NCBI RefSeq assembly: GCF_037042905.1
Contig: NC_087245.1
Span: 24,554,001-24,618,000, forward strand
Length of the DNA stretch: 64,000 nucleotides
Source: Lytechinus pictus
Taxonomy: Eukaryota
Direction of reading: 5' to 3'
Part shown: positions 52,161 through 64,000 of the stretch, piece by piece
Layout: each line of letters starts with the position of its first letter
Position numbering within the stretch: the first letter of the stretch is position 1
Notes under the pieces: model-generated
Databases searched by the model: none
What the model was told of the DNA's origin: nothing
Seen by the model: the letters and a program-made list of their open reading frames with translations, nothing else
Position numbers and translations under genes: made by a program

Positions 52161-54173
52161 TTTGTTTTGGTTTTGGTTTTATTGTTGACAGGCTTATTGG
52201 TTATTCGGGCAATGGTGTTCATAAACCTTTATTTCAAAATTAGAAAAATCCCCCAGAGCGGCGTTCCAAAGTGCAACACTTACGATTAAAAACACTTCAC
52301 TCGCCAGACAACTCGTATTTGTGTTTTTGTTATCCAGAAAAAGTACTTGGATCGGAAATGTTGTTTGAATGGTTCGTTCTTAGTCATGTTAGTTTATACC
52401 AGTGGCGGATCCAGGGGGGGGGGCACATCCGGACCGGGATTTTTTCCCCCGACGAACCTTTCTTCCTCGCGTAAGAATAGTGTTTATTTTAGTCAAAGAC
52501 TACACATCATGACTGTTTACAAACACAAATCATATTAAAGCTAAAGTAAAAGTTAACGACTCGAACAACTGGTCAGCTTGGCGCAATGGGATAATCCTTG
52601 CGCTTACAGTGGCAAGGTTGCGGACTCGAAGCTCATAATAGGCAAGAACTTAGAATTAAAATAAAAATCCTTTCTGATAAAAAAATGATGAGATATCTTA
52701 AGCAAAATACAAATAAAAATCTTGTAGTCCACTTCGGCGTAAAATAAAAAGTACAAAAAATCGGAAGAAATAGCATCCGGCCCATTCCCCCCTCTCATTA
52801 TTTTGAGAGCCTAAAAAGAAAATAGTGGAAAATGTCGGGCATACGCAGTGGACACTTAGTACAACTTACAGACTTTTGACTAGTCAGGATGGTAAATCCG
52901 TTTCATTATTAACCAGTCAAAGACACTTTCAAAGTCATTTTTGACACAAGGAAGTTATTAGCGGCGATAGAGATATTAACAAAGTTACGCTTCCTTTTAG
53001 AAATTACGTTATAGGGCGGCGCCGGGATAGTTTCATATGGGGGAAAGACTTCCCAAAATGTGACGTATTTATTTCTCATTTGAATACCAATAACATGCGT
53101 ATTATAAAGTTACTCGGGCCTAGACCAATTCTTAGCATGGGGCCTACTCTTTTCTTCTACCTAGAAACTGTTATCCTCTTTTTTTCCCTCCCCCTCCCCT
53201 TCCCCGCTACTTGAAACTTTAAAGGGATGGTCGCCCCTGTGCCCCCGACCCTGATCAATGATGTTAAATAATTATGAAATTATATTATGTAACACAACTC
53301 TCCAATCGTATTCACTCTCAGTGTTTATTCTCTACTTGTAGTTCCTTGGTAATGTCCAAGGCTAACTGACCAAAAGCGAAAATGAGACTGGTTTTTTTTT
53401 TTTTTTTATCATTCTGTGCGTGTCAATAGTCTGCATCAGCCACAGGAAACGCACTTTAATAATTGTTTTTGAAGAGCACTTCTTAAACAAACAAATGACC
53501 ATAAATGACAAAAAATATTCTTTGGGAACTTCTTAAAGCGGATGACTTTCTGTTTCGGTAAACATGTCGTAGTTAATTTTTAAAACATGTTTATAAAGAC
53601 TTTCTTGAAAGTGTCATTGCATTAATGACTAAAATTGTAGAAATACAAATATTGACAATGTTAGTAATTATAATAATATTCATTATATTTTAATAAAGAC
53701 GATGATTTTCTTATTTTATTTGATTCAATCAATTTAGTCATTCAAGGGAAAGGCAGTATTAACTGTATATTGTTTTACAAAGTAGGGTCCGTGCCAAAAA
53801 AAATAAAAACTCGAATCACACATGACATTGAAATAAAAATGTAATGATGTAGAATTACCAATGAATACGCGATGAGCAAAGTGTGTGGGGGTAGGGTTGG
53901 GAGTTAATGGGAGGGTGTGTGCGGGTTGGTGTTTGTGTGTATGTATAAATGCATAGATTTGTATTTGAATTGGCAATTTGCTTGAATCGCTTAGCAATCC
54001 AATGAAAGCTTTTGTAAACATTGCCGAGCCTATTTTTACAAATAATTTCGTTTCTTCGGTATTAGGCGTGTCCAAACATAGCTTAATTCGAATGTTACTT
54101 ACCCACCCAAACTGTCTAATTATAACAATACCTCCTGACACTTCAAGTTTTTATTGATTACAAAATGCAGGTA

Positions 54174-54337
54174 CACTCTTAAAATAAAAAAAGGTTTACC
54201 CAATATTGGGTAAAATGGGAACATGCATTTTGGTTGGGTAAAATATATTGTAAATTTTACGCAATGTTGCGTTGAAATAGTAAAAAAAAATACTCAGCAA
54301 ATATGCATGTTCCCTTTTACTCAATGTTTTTTTAGTG
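54174..54337. mobile_element. CACTC-terminal MITE
   Basis: ta|cactcttaaaa...ttgggtaaaatgggaacatgcat ... atgcatgttcccttttactcaatg..tttagtg|ta (inverted arms). Confidence 0.75.
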
Positions 54338-55581
54338 TATATGTATCCGATATCCGATCCTCTGTATACCGGATGCAGTATTTGCAACCTTATTCAAATA
54401 CGGTAGACATTGGATATATTGCATATTGCGTCTTCTTCTGCCTAATCTATAAAGGTTTTATTTCTCCGTATTTACTACCCTTATTCTTTTCGAGAAAAAG
54501 AAACCGTTTTGAGATAGGAGTCCATACGGTTATACTTCATACTTGTCAATCAGTGGTTCTTTAATGAAACCGTTTGTATGTTATACACTTGATTTTAGGA
54601 GCGACTTGAACATGAGATGACAAAAATTTTACCAGGGAGGTTCTAATCAAAGAGGAACTAGATTTCTTTTTTTTTTCATCATAATTAATATCTGACAAAT
54701 GATAAACTTCGCATGGAGATATTTGTTATCAACGAGAACTTAATCTGCAAGATAAAAAAGCTAAGTTGAAACATTCTAAAACTGTTCTGAGTTGAAAGTG
54801 ATTTAGTATTTTGAAGGACATTCATGAAACATTGCCTGGTAAGTGGTAACACATATAAAACACACACACACAAATCCCATTATATTGCAACCCCCTTCTC
54901 TTCCACTGTGTTTGAAATCACTATCGTATCGGCTATCAGTTTTCCTGACACAAAACTTAAAAGGAACTATTAGATTACCAGTTTAAAACACTTATATGTA
55001 TATTGTCATTAAGTATAGGCCTTTAATGGAGAATTCCCATTTGTACATTTTCTTTTTCCGAATAGATGATTATTTACAACCACAAAGAGAGCACAAGATC
55101 TAAACTTGTTTCTGTTGTATCGGTATTAGGAATCGATAATTATTTATTACAGATTGTGATTAGGGGGAATCCTATTTTGAACAATTTTTAAAAATTACTG
55201 TAAGTTTCGAAGGTTTTTCAGTTTAATGTTGATTTTTACTTTAGTTAATTACAAAAGTGTAAAATGCATGCTCTGTTTATATACTGTACCTCAGTTCAGA
55301 AGCACAAAGTACGGTTCCTCACGCATCTAATGAAATTCTTACTGAATGATTACATGATCTAGTTAATGCTGCTTTTTCATAAGACTACTAATTATAAGCA
55401 AATAAAAAAGTGCTGGTTTATCCCATCAGACCTACCGCTCAAGCACAGCCCTGGGCGTATGGGTTGGTTCCCAGCCACGGTGTAGCAATTTTTTTTTTTT
55501 GCAGAGGGGGGAGCTTGATTTTTTTAGGTGTATCAAAATAATATGTTATGACTTTGAATGGATTCAAAAATGGATGAAGAG

Positions 55582-55835
55582 CAGTGGTGTACAGATGGAG
55601 TCCTGGGGCTCTTGTCTCCCCCTTAAAAAATCACGACCGAGAAAAAAAAAGGAAAAAGGAAAGATAATTAACGGGAGAAGGGTGAAGTATTATATTATTC
55701 TCTGAATATTATGTCAAAACCTATCACAAAATTGAATGTTTGTAATGAAATTGTCGAAATTTTTATTTCTTAAAATAAATTTTGCCCGATAAGCCATATC
55801 TGCCCCCTCAATTTTTTTGCCTCATTACGCCAATG
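55582..55835 (+). mobile_element. CAGTGGCGTA-type MITE; second partial copy at about 51850-52082
   Basis: cagtggtgta ... tacgccaatg. Shares aaatcacgacc and ttatgtcaaaa.ctatcacaaa with the 51850 copy. Confidence 0.7.
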
Positions 55836-55860
55836 ATAAGGACAAATATAATGTACCAAG

Positions 55861-56055
55861 CAGGGGATGCGGAAGCGGGCGGGGGGGGGGGGGGCTGGGG
55901 GCTTCAGCCCCCCCCCCCCACCCACTTTTTTCCAAAACCGTGTACAAAAACGTAAAAAATACCATATGATTTTTTTGCATGGTCAGCCCCCCCCCCCCAC
56001 TTTTGGCTCAGCCCCCCCCCCCCCTCACACTTTGAAAACCATTCCGCGGCCCCTG
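55861..56055 (+). mobile_element. G/C-run MITE with CAGGGGCCGCGGAA-type TIRs, 5-bp TSD CCAAG
   Basis: ccaag|caggggatgcggaa ... ttccgcggcccctg|ccaag. Confidence 0.85.
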
Positions 56056-56459
56056 CCAAGTTGGTGTTTCATAAAGCTGTTCGTAAGTTTACGAGTTACT
56101 TTACGCTCGGACTAATCAGCCTTTTGTGGACCTTCGCAGCTAAAATTGATCAATTTCAGTTGATTTTCAATATAACATTTTAATAAATTGCTTATTTTTC
56201 ATTTCATTAAGAAAATTCAAAGAAAATGTATTTATTTTTAGTCAATGACAAATAAAAAGTAGACATTTCAAGATTCATATTTTCATCTTTAAAACTATAT
56301 TATATCAATCAATACATAGGAAACATCTTCAAATGTACACATTTTTTCAAACATAATTTTCTTTAACCCAAATAAATTATTGTGCATTTTTTAATCAATA
56401 ATGTCTGATAATGTCTGAAAAATGCGACCTCATTGACTTTTGTTCAAGTTTTTTCAATG

Positions 56460-58951
56460 TTCATTAGTGCTGTTGGTGTTGCTGCTGCTGTTGTCATCGT
56501 GATTGCTGGAATTGCTGTTTGTTTTTGCTGCTCTTGGTGTTGTGGGTGTGGTTGTTGCATCTCCTGGTGCAATTAGTTATTTTTGCTACTGATGTTGCTC
56601 AAGGTGCTGCCTGTGTGGTTGCTGTTGTCATCGCTGCTACTGCTGCTGTTTACAAGTGTGGCTGTTGCATCTCCTGATGCATTTATTGATGTTGTTGCTT
56701 GTATGATTGATTGTTAGAATCCTTGCTGTTGACTTTGTTTCTACTGTCGTTGTTGCTACTGCTGTTGATGTTAAGCACTGTGGGTGTTGCATCTCTTGAT
56801 GAAGTTATTTATGTTGCGCCCGATGTTCCCTGCATGGTTGTTGGAGCTCCTGCTGCTGTTGATGTTGTCGGTGTGGTTGTTGCATCTCTTACTGCAGTTG
56901 TAGTTTCGGCTGCTGATGCTGTTGTTGCTCCTGCTGCTGTCCATGTTCATTGAAGTAACTGAAATGGATTTAATTTATAGAGCATGTGATATTTTATTAA
57001 TAAAGATATCAATTTCCATCATTATTGATATCAGTCATTTATTCTTAATTTAATTACCATTGTTAAAACTTACATTTTTTTATTTCTAATGTATGAAATA
57101 AGAACTTTAAGTTCTAAATGGTTGAAATATTTTCACCAAAGCCTTATTAAACAATGAAAACAAAAAAGTTAATAACAAAGAAATGCATAAGAAAATGATT
57201 AAAATTTCCTCTTTTTTTATACAAAATTGATTTTAATGACTTGGGTTTTTCTCATTGGTTTACCAAAGAAAGGGAGTCAAAATCCAAAATTATCACATTT
57301 GGTCTTTATTTCTTGAGCCAAATGCTGATTTCATGCAAGAGTCATGTTATCATATTAAATTAAAAAAAAACAACATCAGGAACAGCAGCATGATTTCTGA
57401 AGCGAGTGCACAATCAACAGGCAAGATCCTGAGGCACCCCCCCCCCCTACCAAGATAATTGAATTAATGAGGTTTCATGACTGCTTTTGTAGGCATTACA
57501 TTTATACAGGCCTACAAGAGATATAATTTTTTTTTTTTTTTTTTTTTTTTGGGGGGTAATCTCCCAGTGTTACTCCCATACAAAGCAGATGGTGATGGGG
57601 CGGGGGGGGGGGGGGGGGGGTCTAATATAAATGCAGAACAATGGAACATTCATTTACTACTTTGGCAATAGAAAGCAAGTCACACCATCTAGCATTGATT
57701 GATATTGGTTGTTTTACAACTGTCCAATAAATATCACCATTAATCAATTAAGCATCTAAGCACTTATAGATGTCATTGTTTTCAAATATTTGAGTAGACC
57801 AAATAAAGAAGAGAGCAGTACCAGTAATTTAATTTTTTTTTTAATGTGACTTTACTTTCTTTGCCAAAGTGAGGCAGTCATAATTAAGAGTGTTTTAACT
57901 TACAAGTGACATCACATGTCCTGCCTTCTTGTCTGGCTCTCCTAAACCTTCAACCATTTATACTTGTGTAACTTTGTATCTCATGTCTGTCTGAAAAGTT
58001 TGGTTGAAGCCTCCACCTGAAGGAAAAATAGTATTGAAATAACTAATTAAAATATTTGCCATAATCTGGTATTTATTCTCACATGTATATGTACATGTCT
58101 AAAAACAGGAAATAAAACATCTTTTGATTACCAGGTTTCATATAGAAGGGGGTAAATTAAAGGGTTCAAGTTTTTATTATGTTAATAAAAAATACAAACA
58201 ATAGTAAATGACATATGCTCTGGCTGAGAAACTTAAAAAGTGAAATTATTCCGTACAATGTAGCTTGTATGTACATACACATGAGCAAGTAGTGCTAAAT
58301 GGATTGAGGGGTGAGAGCAGGGGCTCCGGAAACCGGGGGGGGGGGGGGGTGCATGTTAGCTGCAGGGTCAGTGGAACGGTTTTTACAGTGAGCGGGCTGA
58401 CCATGCAAAAAATCGTAACCAGATGGTCATTTCATATTTTTCAGCCCCCGCACTGTTTTCCAAAACCATGTACAAAAATGTAAAATTGACCATCTGCTTA
58501 TGATTTTTTGCATGGTCAGCCCCCCCCCCCACTTTCAGCTCAGCCCCCTCACTTTCAAAACCGTTCCGCTGACCCTGCAGCTAACATGCAAAATATATTG
58601 AATCTATTATGTCTTTCATGCTTATGTAATGTTTGCATTTCAAACTGACTTTAAATAGAAAATCTAGTCACAGTCCGATTTCATTGTCATTGATGTGGGT
58701 TTTTATGATTTTACATTCTGCAACCAAAACAATATCCTTCATTATTTTTTAATCATTATCGCATTTTACTAGTCTACATGTTACCTGTGGTTGCATTTCA
58801 ATCTCAGTATTTCTTCACCCATTGCCAAATCTTCTGTCACATGTTCATCAGATTGGCCGCTGGCACATTCCTTGCTGTAGTAGACCAGTCAAAGCCTTGC
58901 TTTCTAGTTCCAGATCCGTCTTCTTCTGCATACTGTTCAAATGTCCATAGT
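56460..58951 (-). pseudogene. Decayed multi-exon gene, probably a Myb/SANT-like (Harbinger ORF1-type) protein with a Gln-rich tail
   Basis: AG/GT-bounded exons 58951-58785 and 58016-57904 splice in frame to LWTFEQ...FDWSTTARNV...M*QKIWQWVKKY*D*NATTGGGFNQ. A further acceptor precedes 56958 and leads into a Q-rich frame with stops. Confidence 0.5.
58318..58577 (+). mobile_element. Same G/C-run MITE family, rearranged
   Basis: Shares ttttccaaaacc.tgtacaaaaa.gtaaaa and tttttgcatggtcagccccc with the 55861 copy. Confidence 0.8.
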
Positions 58952-60968
58952 CTGAAATTAAAATATTAATAATATCACATTGTTATACATGTAGCAAAGA
59001 AAATATGTAGATTTACAGTGATCATTGAAAAATACTGCACTTTCAATAAATATTGTTGACATTTCATAAAGGGGAATGATCGATATACCAATCATTTTTC
59101 TTCTTTTATTATCCTGAAATTTCTAGAATTTACCAACAATCGGTCAACAATTTATCCTTGTTAATTCATATAATTTTCACTTGATTATAAACAAGACGGT
59201 AATTAACACATTAACCACACAAAATAGTAAAACAGCTTTTTTAATAATTTTTTTTTTAATTCAAAAATAAAAAGAACAGTTTTTTTTCTAACTCAATAGC
59301 GCTTGGATACCTTGCTGGTTAAAAGCCACGATCAAATTAATAAAAAATATGAATAGGCTCCTAATTCATAACTGCAGCAAATTGCATCCCCATCAAACTG
59401 TCAACTATTTCTGGACTGTGACCTTTGTTCAATGGAACTTTAATATGAGATTCAAGGCAGAAAAATACTTGGGATTGATGAGATCCATTGCATATTCTCC
59501 TATATTTTTTTCTAATGAAGAGACCTTTAACCTTTACATGCTATTTAAGGTTAGGTATGACTAGACTAACTTTATGTGGTACGACAATATTTTTCAAAAA
59601 ATAGATTAAGAGACATTATCAACAATAATTTAATTTATATACCCCAATAACACCGATGCTATTGCAGATTCATGAATGCTAAATAGTAATTGGTCTAAAA
59701 AATTGACTAAGAAAAATAAAAGCAAAACAAACTTCATAATCGCACACAAATGAAGAGCATTATTTCGTCACTTGGGTGCGCAAAGTCAAAGATAATTTAA
59801 GATAGATCTAGGCCTATAAGCTCTACCAGTACGGCCACGGGCCGGGTGCACTATTTAAAACTTAGATCTAATAATTTTTTTTTATCTAGATTTTAATTTT
59901 TATTGGGTGTGAACGCACCTCTGCCACAATCGCATCGCCCCCCCCCCCCCCCGAATCCTCGCCAGCTGTCGAGAGCCTTCACTTCATTCGACTTGTGACT
60001 TGCTAAGGCTAAGCCTACATTAATAGTTGAGAACATCCACTTTACAAATTTACCACTCACACTATTACCATGTGATTTAGCTCCTGTTCAATTCCAATAT
60101 CTGTAACACAGAATTAGGATGGCCCCATTGGATATGTGTACATTAACAATTGCACACGCTGGTTTGCTTGGTGATCAAGGATATCTCCGACCACACCGAG
60201 CAACAAAATTAATACAAAACCAAAGGAAATGAAAAAATATGATTTGTAACATAGAATGACATAAAGGTAGAACAATAAAAAGAATTCTCTTTGCAAAATT
60301 TATAAAATTGCAGCCATGTGCGGATCATAAAAACGTGACAGCCGTGAGCCATGTCGTTAGTTTGGACCCGAGTCTCTGAGATAGTTATACAGACACAGAA
60401 ACACGGGTATGGGACTAGACTGGATTATGTACTGTCAAGTTCACCGATCGTATCGACAGGGGTCCTGCCAGAAGATCCTCTTTTCTTGTAATTCATTTGA
60501 TAATCACGCACAACGAATAATTCAATCACCTTACGTACAATATGAACGTCATTTTGAAGGGTTTTACTTACGGTAAAGTCCTCATTCACCTCTTCGGGGA
60601 CCTTCGCTTCTACTTATTTCTTCGTTTCACTTCGAATCGACGCGGCGAAAACATCAACCAATTTTACATCTTCTTCACAACTTTGGGAGTGGGCGTGGCC
60701 TAATTAGTCAGCGAACCTCGTTCAAGACGATTTGTAAAATAAAAATTCACTGACAATAGTCAGAGAAGCTCCGAGAGTTTGATGAAACGAATTTTTGTCA
60801 GCGCTGACTAAATTGTCAGCGCTGACAATTTTAGTCAGCGCTGACAGTTGTCGGACGAAAATATTGATGAAACACCCCCCAGGATTACTCACTAGGAGAT
60901 ATAGAAAATTAATGATGAATTTTAAGTTGTCTGTAAAGGTTCAACGTTTGATGTCGCTTACACGATTA

Positions 60969-61179
60969 GGCCTACTGTATCGAAAACGGGGTGGAAATCT
61001 GATTTTTTTTTTTTTTTTCGTTTCGTTTCGATCTGTTGGGGAGACGTGTTTTCAGAAACAAACAAAAATTGACATGTTTTCAGAAACAAACGTTTAGAAA
61101 AACATGCGTGTTTTCAGAAACAAGGGTTTTCACGAGAAAAGACACGATTTCAGAAATCCGTTTACGGAAACAGAGGCCA
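60969..61179. mobile_element. MITE with subterminal GTTTTCAGAAACAA repeats
   Basis: ggcctactgtatcgaaaacgg / ccgtttacggaaacagaggcc imperfect TIRs, plus 3-4 internal repeats. Confidence 0.55.
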
Positions 61180-61235
61180 TGATTTCCTAAGAGTGTGACA
61201 CCGTGTGAGGGTGGAATAGAGTTCCATTGTTATGC

Positions 61236-61406
61236 CATGGGCCGCGGAACGGTTTTGAAAGTGGTGGGGCTTACCATGCACGCAAAAAACCACATTCAGT
61301 TGCTTATTTTTACGTTTTACGTTTTTTATACACGGTTTTGGAAAAAAAAGTGTGTGTGGGGGGGGGGGGAGGGCTGAAGCCCCTCCTCCCATTTCCGCGG
61401 CCCCTG
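61236..61406 (-). mobile_element. Same G/C-run MITE family, opposite orientation
   Basis: tatgc|catgggccgcggaacgg ... ttccgcggcccctg|gatgc (4 of 5 TSD bases match). Confidence 0.8.
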
Positions 61407-61498
61407 GATGCGAAGTGTGTTTGAATTTTTCAAAGTAAGGGTCATTTTGAATTCATAAAGTAACATCCCACAAGGTAGTCCGGAATGACGACCTATAT

Positions 61499-62107
61499 AA
61501 GTCCACCCCAACAAAAAATTGATTTGAATAAAAAGAGAAAAATCCAGCAAGCAAAATACTGAAAATTTCATCAAAATTTTATGTAAAATAAGAAAGTTAT
61601 GACATTTTAAAGTTTCGCTTAATTTCCCCAAACAGTTATATGCACATCCTGGTTGATATGCAAATGAGGGGACTGATGACGTCACCAACTCACTATTTCT
61701 TTTGTATTTTATATGAAATATGAAATATTCTGACTTTCTCCCCCTTGTCATGTGAAATCGGGTTTTGTTCCTTCCTGAACATGTGAAATGAACATGTTTA
61801 ACATTATGTGGTTCAATAAAAGTTAGTCCTATATAAATGTCAAAATGGTAAAAAATGAAATATTGTATAATTCAAATAATAAAAAAACAAAAGAAATAGT
61901 GAGTGATGGACATCATCGACTCTCTCATTTGCATGTTACTAAGTTGTGCATATAACTGTTTTGTGAAAAATAAGCGAAACTTTAAAATGTCATAACTTTC
62001 TTCAGTATTTTACATCCGATTTTGATCAAATTTTCAGCATTATTCTTGTTAGATTTTTCTCTATTGATTTTAATCAACATTTTTTATGGAGTGGACTTGA
62101 CCTTTAA
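61499..62107. mobile_element. Kolobok-like MITE of about 600 bp, copy 3
   Basis: aagtccaccccaacaaaaaattgatttgaat ... gtggacttgacct|ttaa. Confidence 0.88.
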
Positions 62108-62282
62108 AGATGAGTATTTAATCTCTTCTATAATCAGCTAGGCATAGTTACGCAATTTGGACATTTTTTTTCAAGCCTTTATAATAGTTTTATGAATCAT
62201 TCTGCCGTGAACAGCTATATTTAGTCCACATATTCATTGATGTGCCTTCTAGAATTCTATTTAAAATCAAATCATACATTAT

Positions 62283-63740
62283 CAGGGGCGGATCCAGCTT
62301 TCGCCATTAGCGAGGGGGGGGGGGACTATTTCCATCAATGTTTTTCACCATCCGGTCGTTAAAAGCCGATTTTGTTGTCGTTTTTGAGGGAGTAGTTCTT
62401 ACTAAATGAGTTATTTAACATTTGGCTATATTCCTATATACAAACAAGTTAAGGAAGATCTATTTCAGACAGCCAAATAAAATAATGCAAGCGCGAAGCG
62501 CGAGCTAAATTTTGGGGAATTTTATGTAGACCTATTTAACACTTGAAATTGAACATTAATCTGAACAGTTTTATAAGCATGAGTAGGATGGGTATCTAAC
62601 CAAACAATTGATGAGACCATTTTGAAAATTCTTAATTTTCTTACCATACACTTGGACATTCTAAGCACTTTTGGTGATCATGAACACGCATTTTGATGGG
62701 AGCACTTTAAGCTCAAAATAATTTTTTTTGATATTCTCGACCTAAAATGTGGACCTTCTAAGCACTATATTGTAACCATGCACAGGATGGGGATCTATGA
62801 ACAATTGTTGCGAGCGAGAAGCACGAGCTGAAAATGTTTGATATTTTTGACCTATTCTAGATGCGTATCCAACAAAACAACTTATTTGATATTGCAAATA
62901 CAAAGTGGGAGCTGGAAATATTTGATATACTGACCTAAAAAAAAGGATTATCCAAAGACAGTTTGTTGGAATTCAAGGATAGGTCTGCATACGTATCTCG
63001 GCTTATCATAAATAATGCCAGCGTTTTTTGTTTTTTTTTTTTACACCCAACATTTTAATCTTTGTAATCATGCGGATGTAGGCCTATATCTCGCTGAATT
63101 ACAATAATATATAATATGATGAAAACTCGAATTCCGGCAGAGCAGAGGAATTTGTGCATATTGACTTAAAACAAACGGGATATATATTAAGCCCCGTGTT
63201 CTTGAGATGATTATCCTTATACCTCCTCCAGGCAGCCGGCAATGATTATAATGACCTGACAGTTTGTTTATTTTCCAATATTTTCCCCTTCCTTTACTTC
63301 ATCAATTCACTTTTATCGATATCCCTCGACCCTTTTTTCTTTTTTTTTTATATCCTTCTCACTAGCGTACCTAAGGGGGGGGGGGACAGGGGGCAGACTG
63401 CCCCCCTGACGAATCACAATTTATGCAGGGGACGTACCCCTGCCCCCCTGACGAGTCACAACTGATCCAGGGGACGTCCCCCCCCCCCCGGTTGCTTGTC
63501 AATTTTTTTCCAGGTACGATATCCTTTATTTGTGGTTGAAGACCTTTTTTTTTTTTTTTCAAATTTTTTCGCTGACGAAATATCCTCCAAGATATATTTG
63601 CCCCCCATTTGGAAAATCTTGGGTACGCCGCTGATCCTTCTCCTTCCCTTTTTTTCTTTCTGTTTTTTTTTTTTTTGCACCACCAGTAAGGCGGGGGGGG
63701 GGTACTGCAGCCCCTTCAGCCCCACGTGGATCTGCCTATG
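62283..63740 (-). mobile_element. Composite of GCGCGAAGCGCGAGC-unit element and G/C-run MITEs
   Basis: Starts caggggcggatccagc and contains gcgcgaagcgcgagct units. An inner element runs ctagcgtacctaag...cttgggtacgccgctg (about 63362-63632). Ends ggatctgcctatg. Confidence 0.55.
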
Positions 63741-64000
63741 ATTACCCCCCCCCCTGGTATCTGTAAATTTTGACATGTTTTACTCTATATCTCGCTTTTT
63801 TTCCTTTCTTTTTCGACATTTCGGCGACACGTTGGTCGCGCCAAATTCAATTTTTTTTTTATCATGTAGGGCTTATAGCCTTAAGCTTGTCGCCTTTTCG
63901 AAGCACTGACAGATGACGTCTGGTTCTTCTGACATAATTTATAACTACAGCAATGGTCCTCTCCTTCAACCCCTGCCTTTCGGATATATGGTACGTTTAT

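Noticed and set aside
52570..52635. tRNA-like sequence (tggcgcaatgg...ggactcgaagc)
   Set aside because: Too degenerate to form a cloverleaf; at most an old SINE head.
56711..56953. Hydrophobic signal-peptide-like plus-strand ORF
   Set aside because: It is the antisense of CAG/CAA-rich low-complexity sequence, and the splice signals favour the minus strand.
56060..60880. ggtgtttcat / atgaaacacc as the TIRs of one 4.8-kb Harbinger element
   Set aside because: The match is only about 10 bp and each end looks like a different short MITE family; the element boundaries are unresolved.
60786..61160. Short regularly spaced repeats as a possible CRISPR array
   Set aside because: Eukaryotic context, repeats too short, no unique spacers and no cas genes; these are MITE-internal repeats.
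63400..63480. Two CTGACGA motifs resembling hammerhead cores
   Set aside because: No stem II-GAAA follows; they are a short direct repeat inside a MITE.

Overview
Eukaryotic, AT-rich and gene-poor genomic DNA. The repeat content suggests a sea urchin or other echinoderm, but that is an inference and not verified. Only one intact protein-coding gene is supported: an intronless class A aminergic GPCR (47531-48760, minus strand, histamine H3/H4- or muscarinic-like). The rest is a dense mosaic of decayed mobile DNA. It includes a 5'-truncated L2/CR1-group LINE, tRNA-derived SINEs with Deu/Nin-like and Meta-like cores, and many MITE families with TA, TAA, CWG, TTAA or 5-bp target duplications, some of them nested. 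It also includes a probable decayed spliced Myb/SANT-like Harbinger gene and many microsatellites. The most notable finds are: (1) a complete minimal type I hammerhead ribozyme next to a tRNA-like Pol III unit inside a (TA)n array; (2) a LINE 3' end and a SINE tail with the same stem-loop fold but covarying sequence; (3) SINE copies with swapped tails; (4) a three-layer transposon stack just past the GPCR stop codon. Nearly all short ORFs in the supplied track are spurious.
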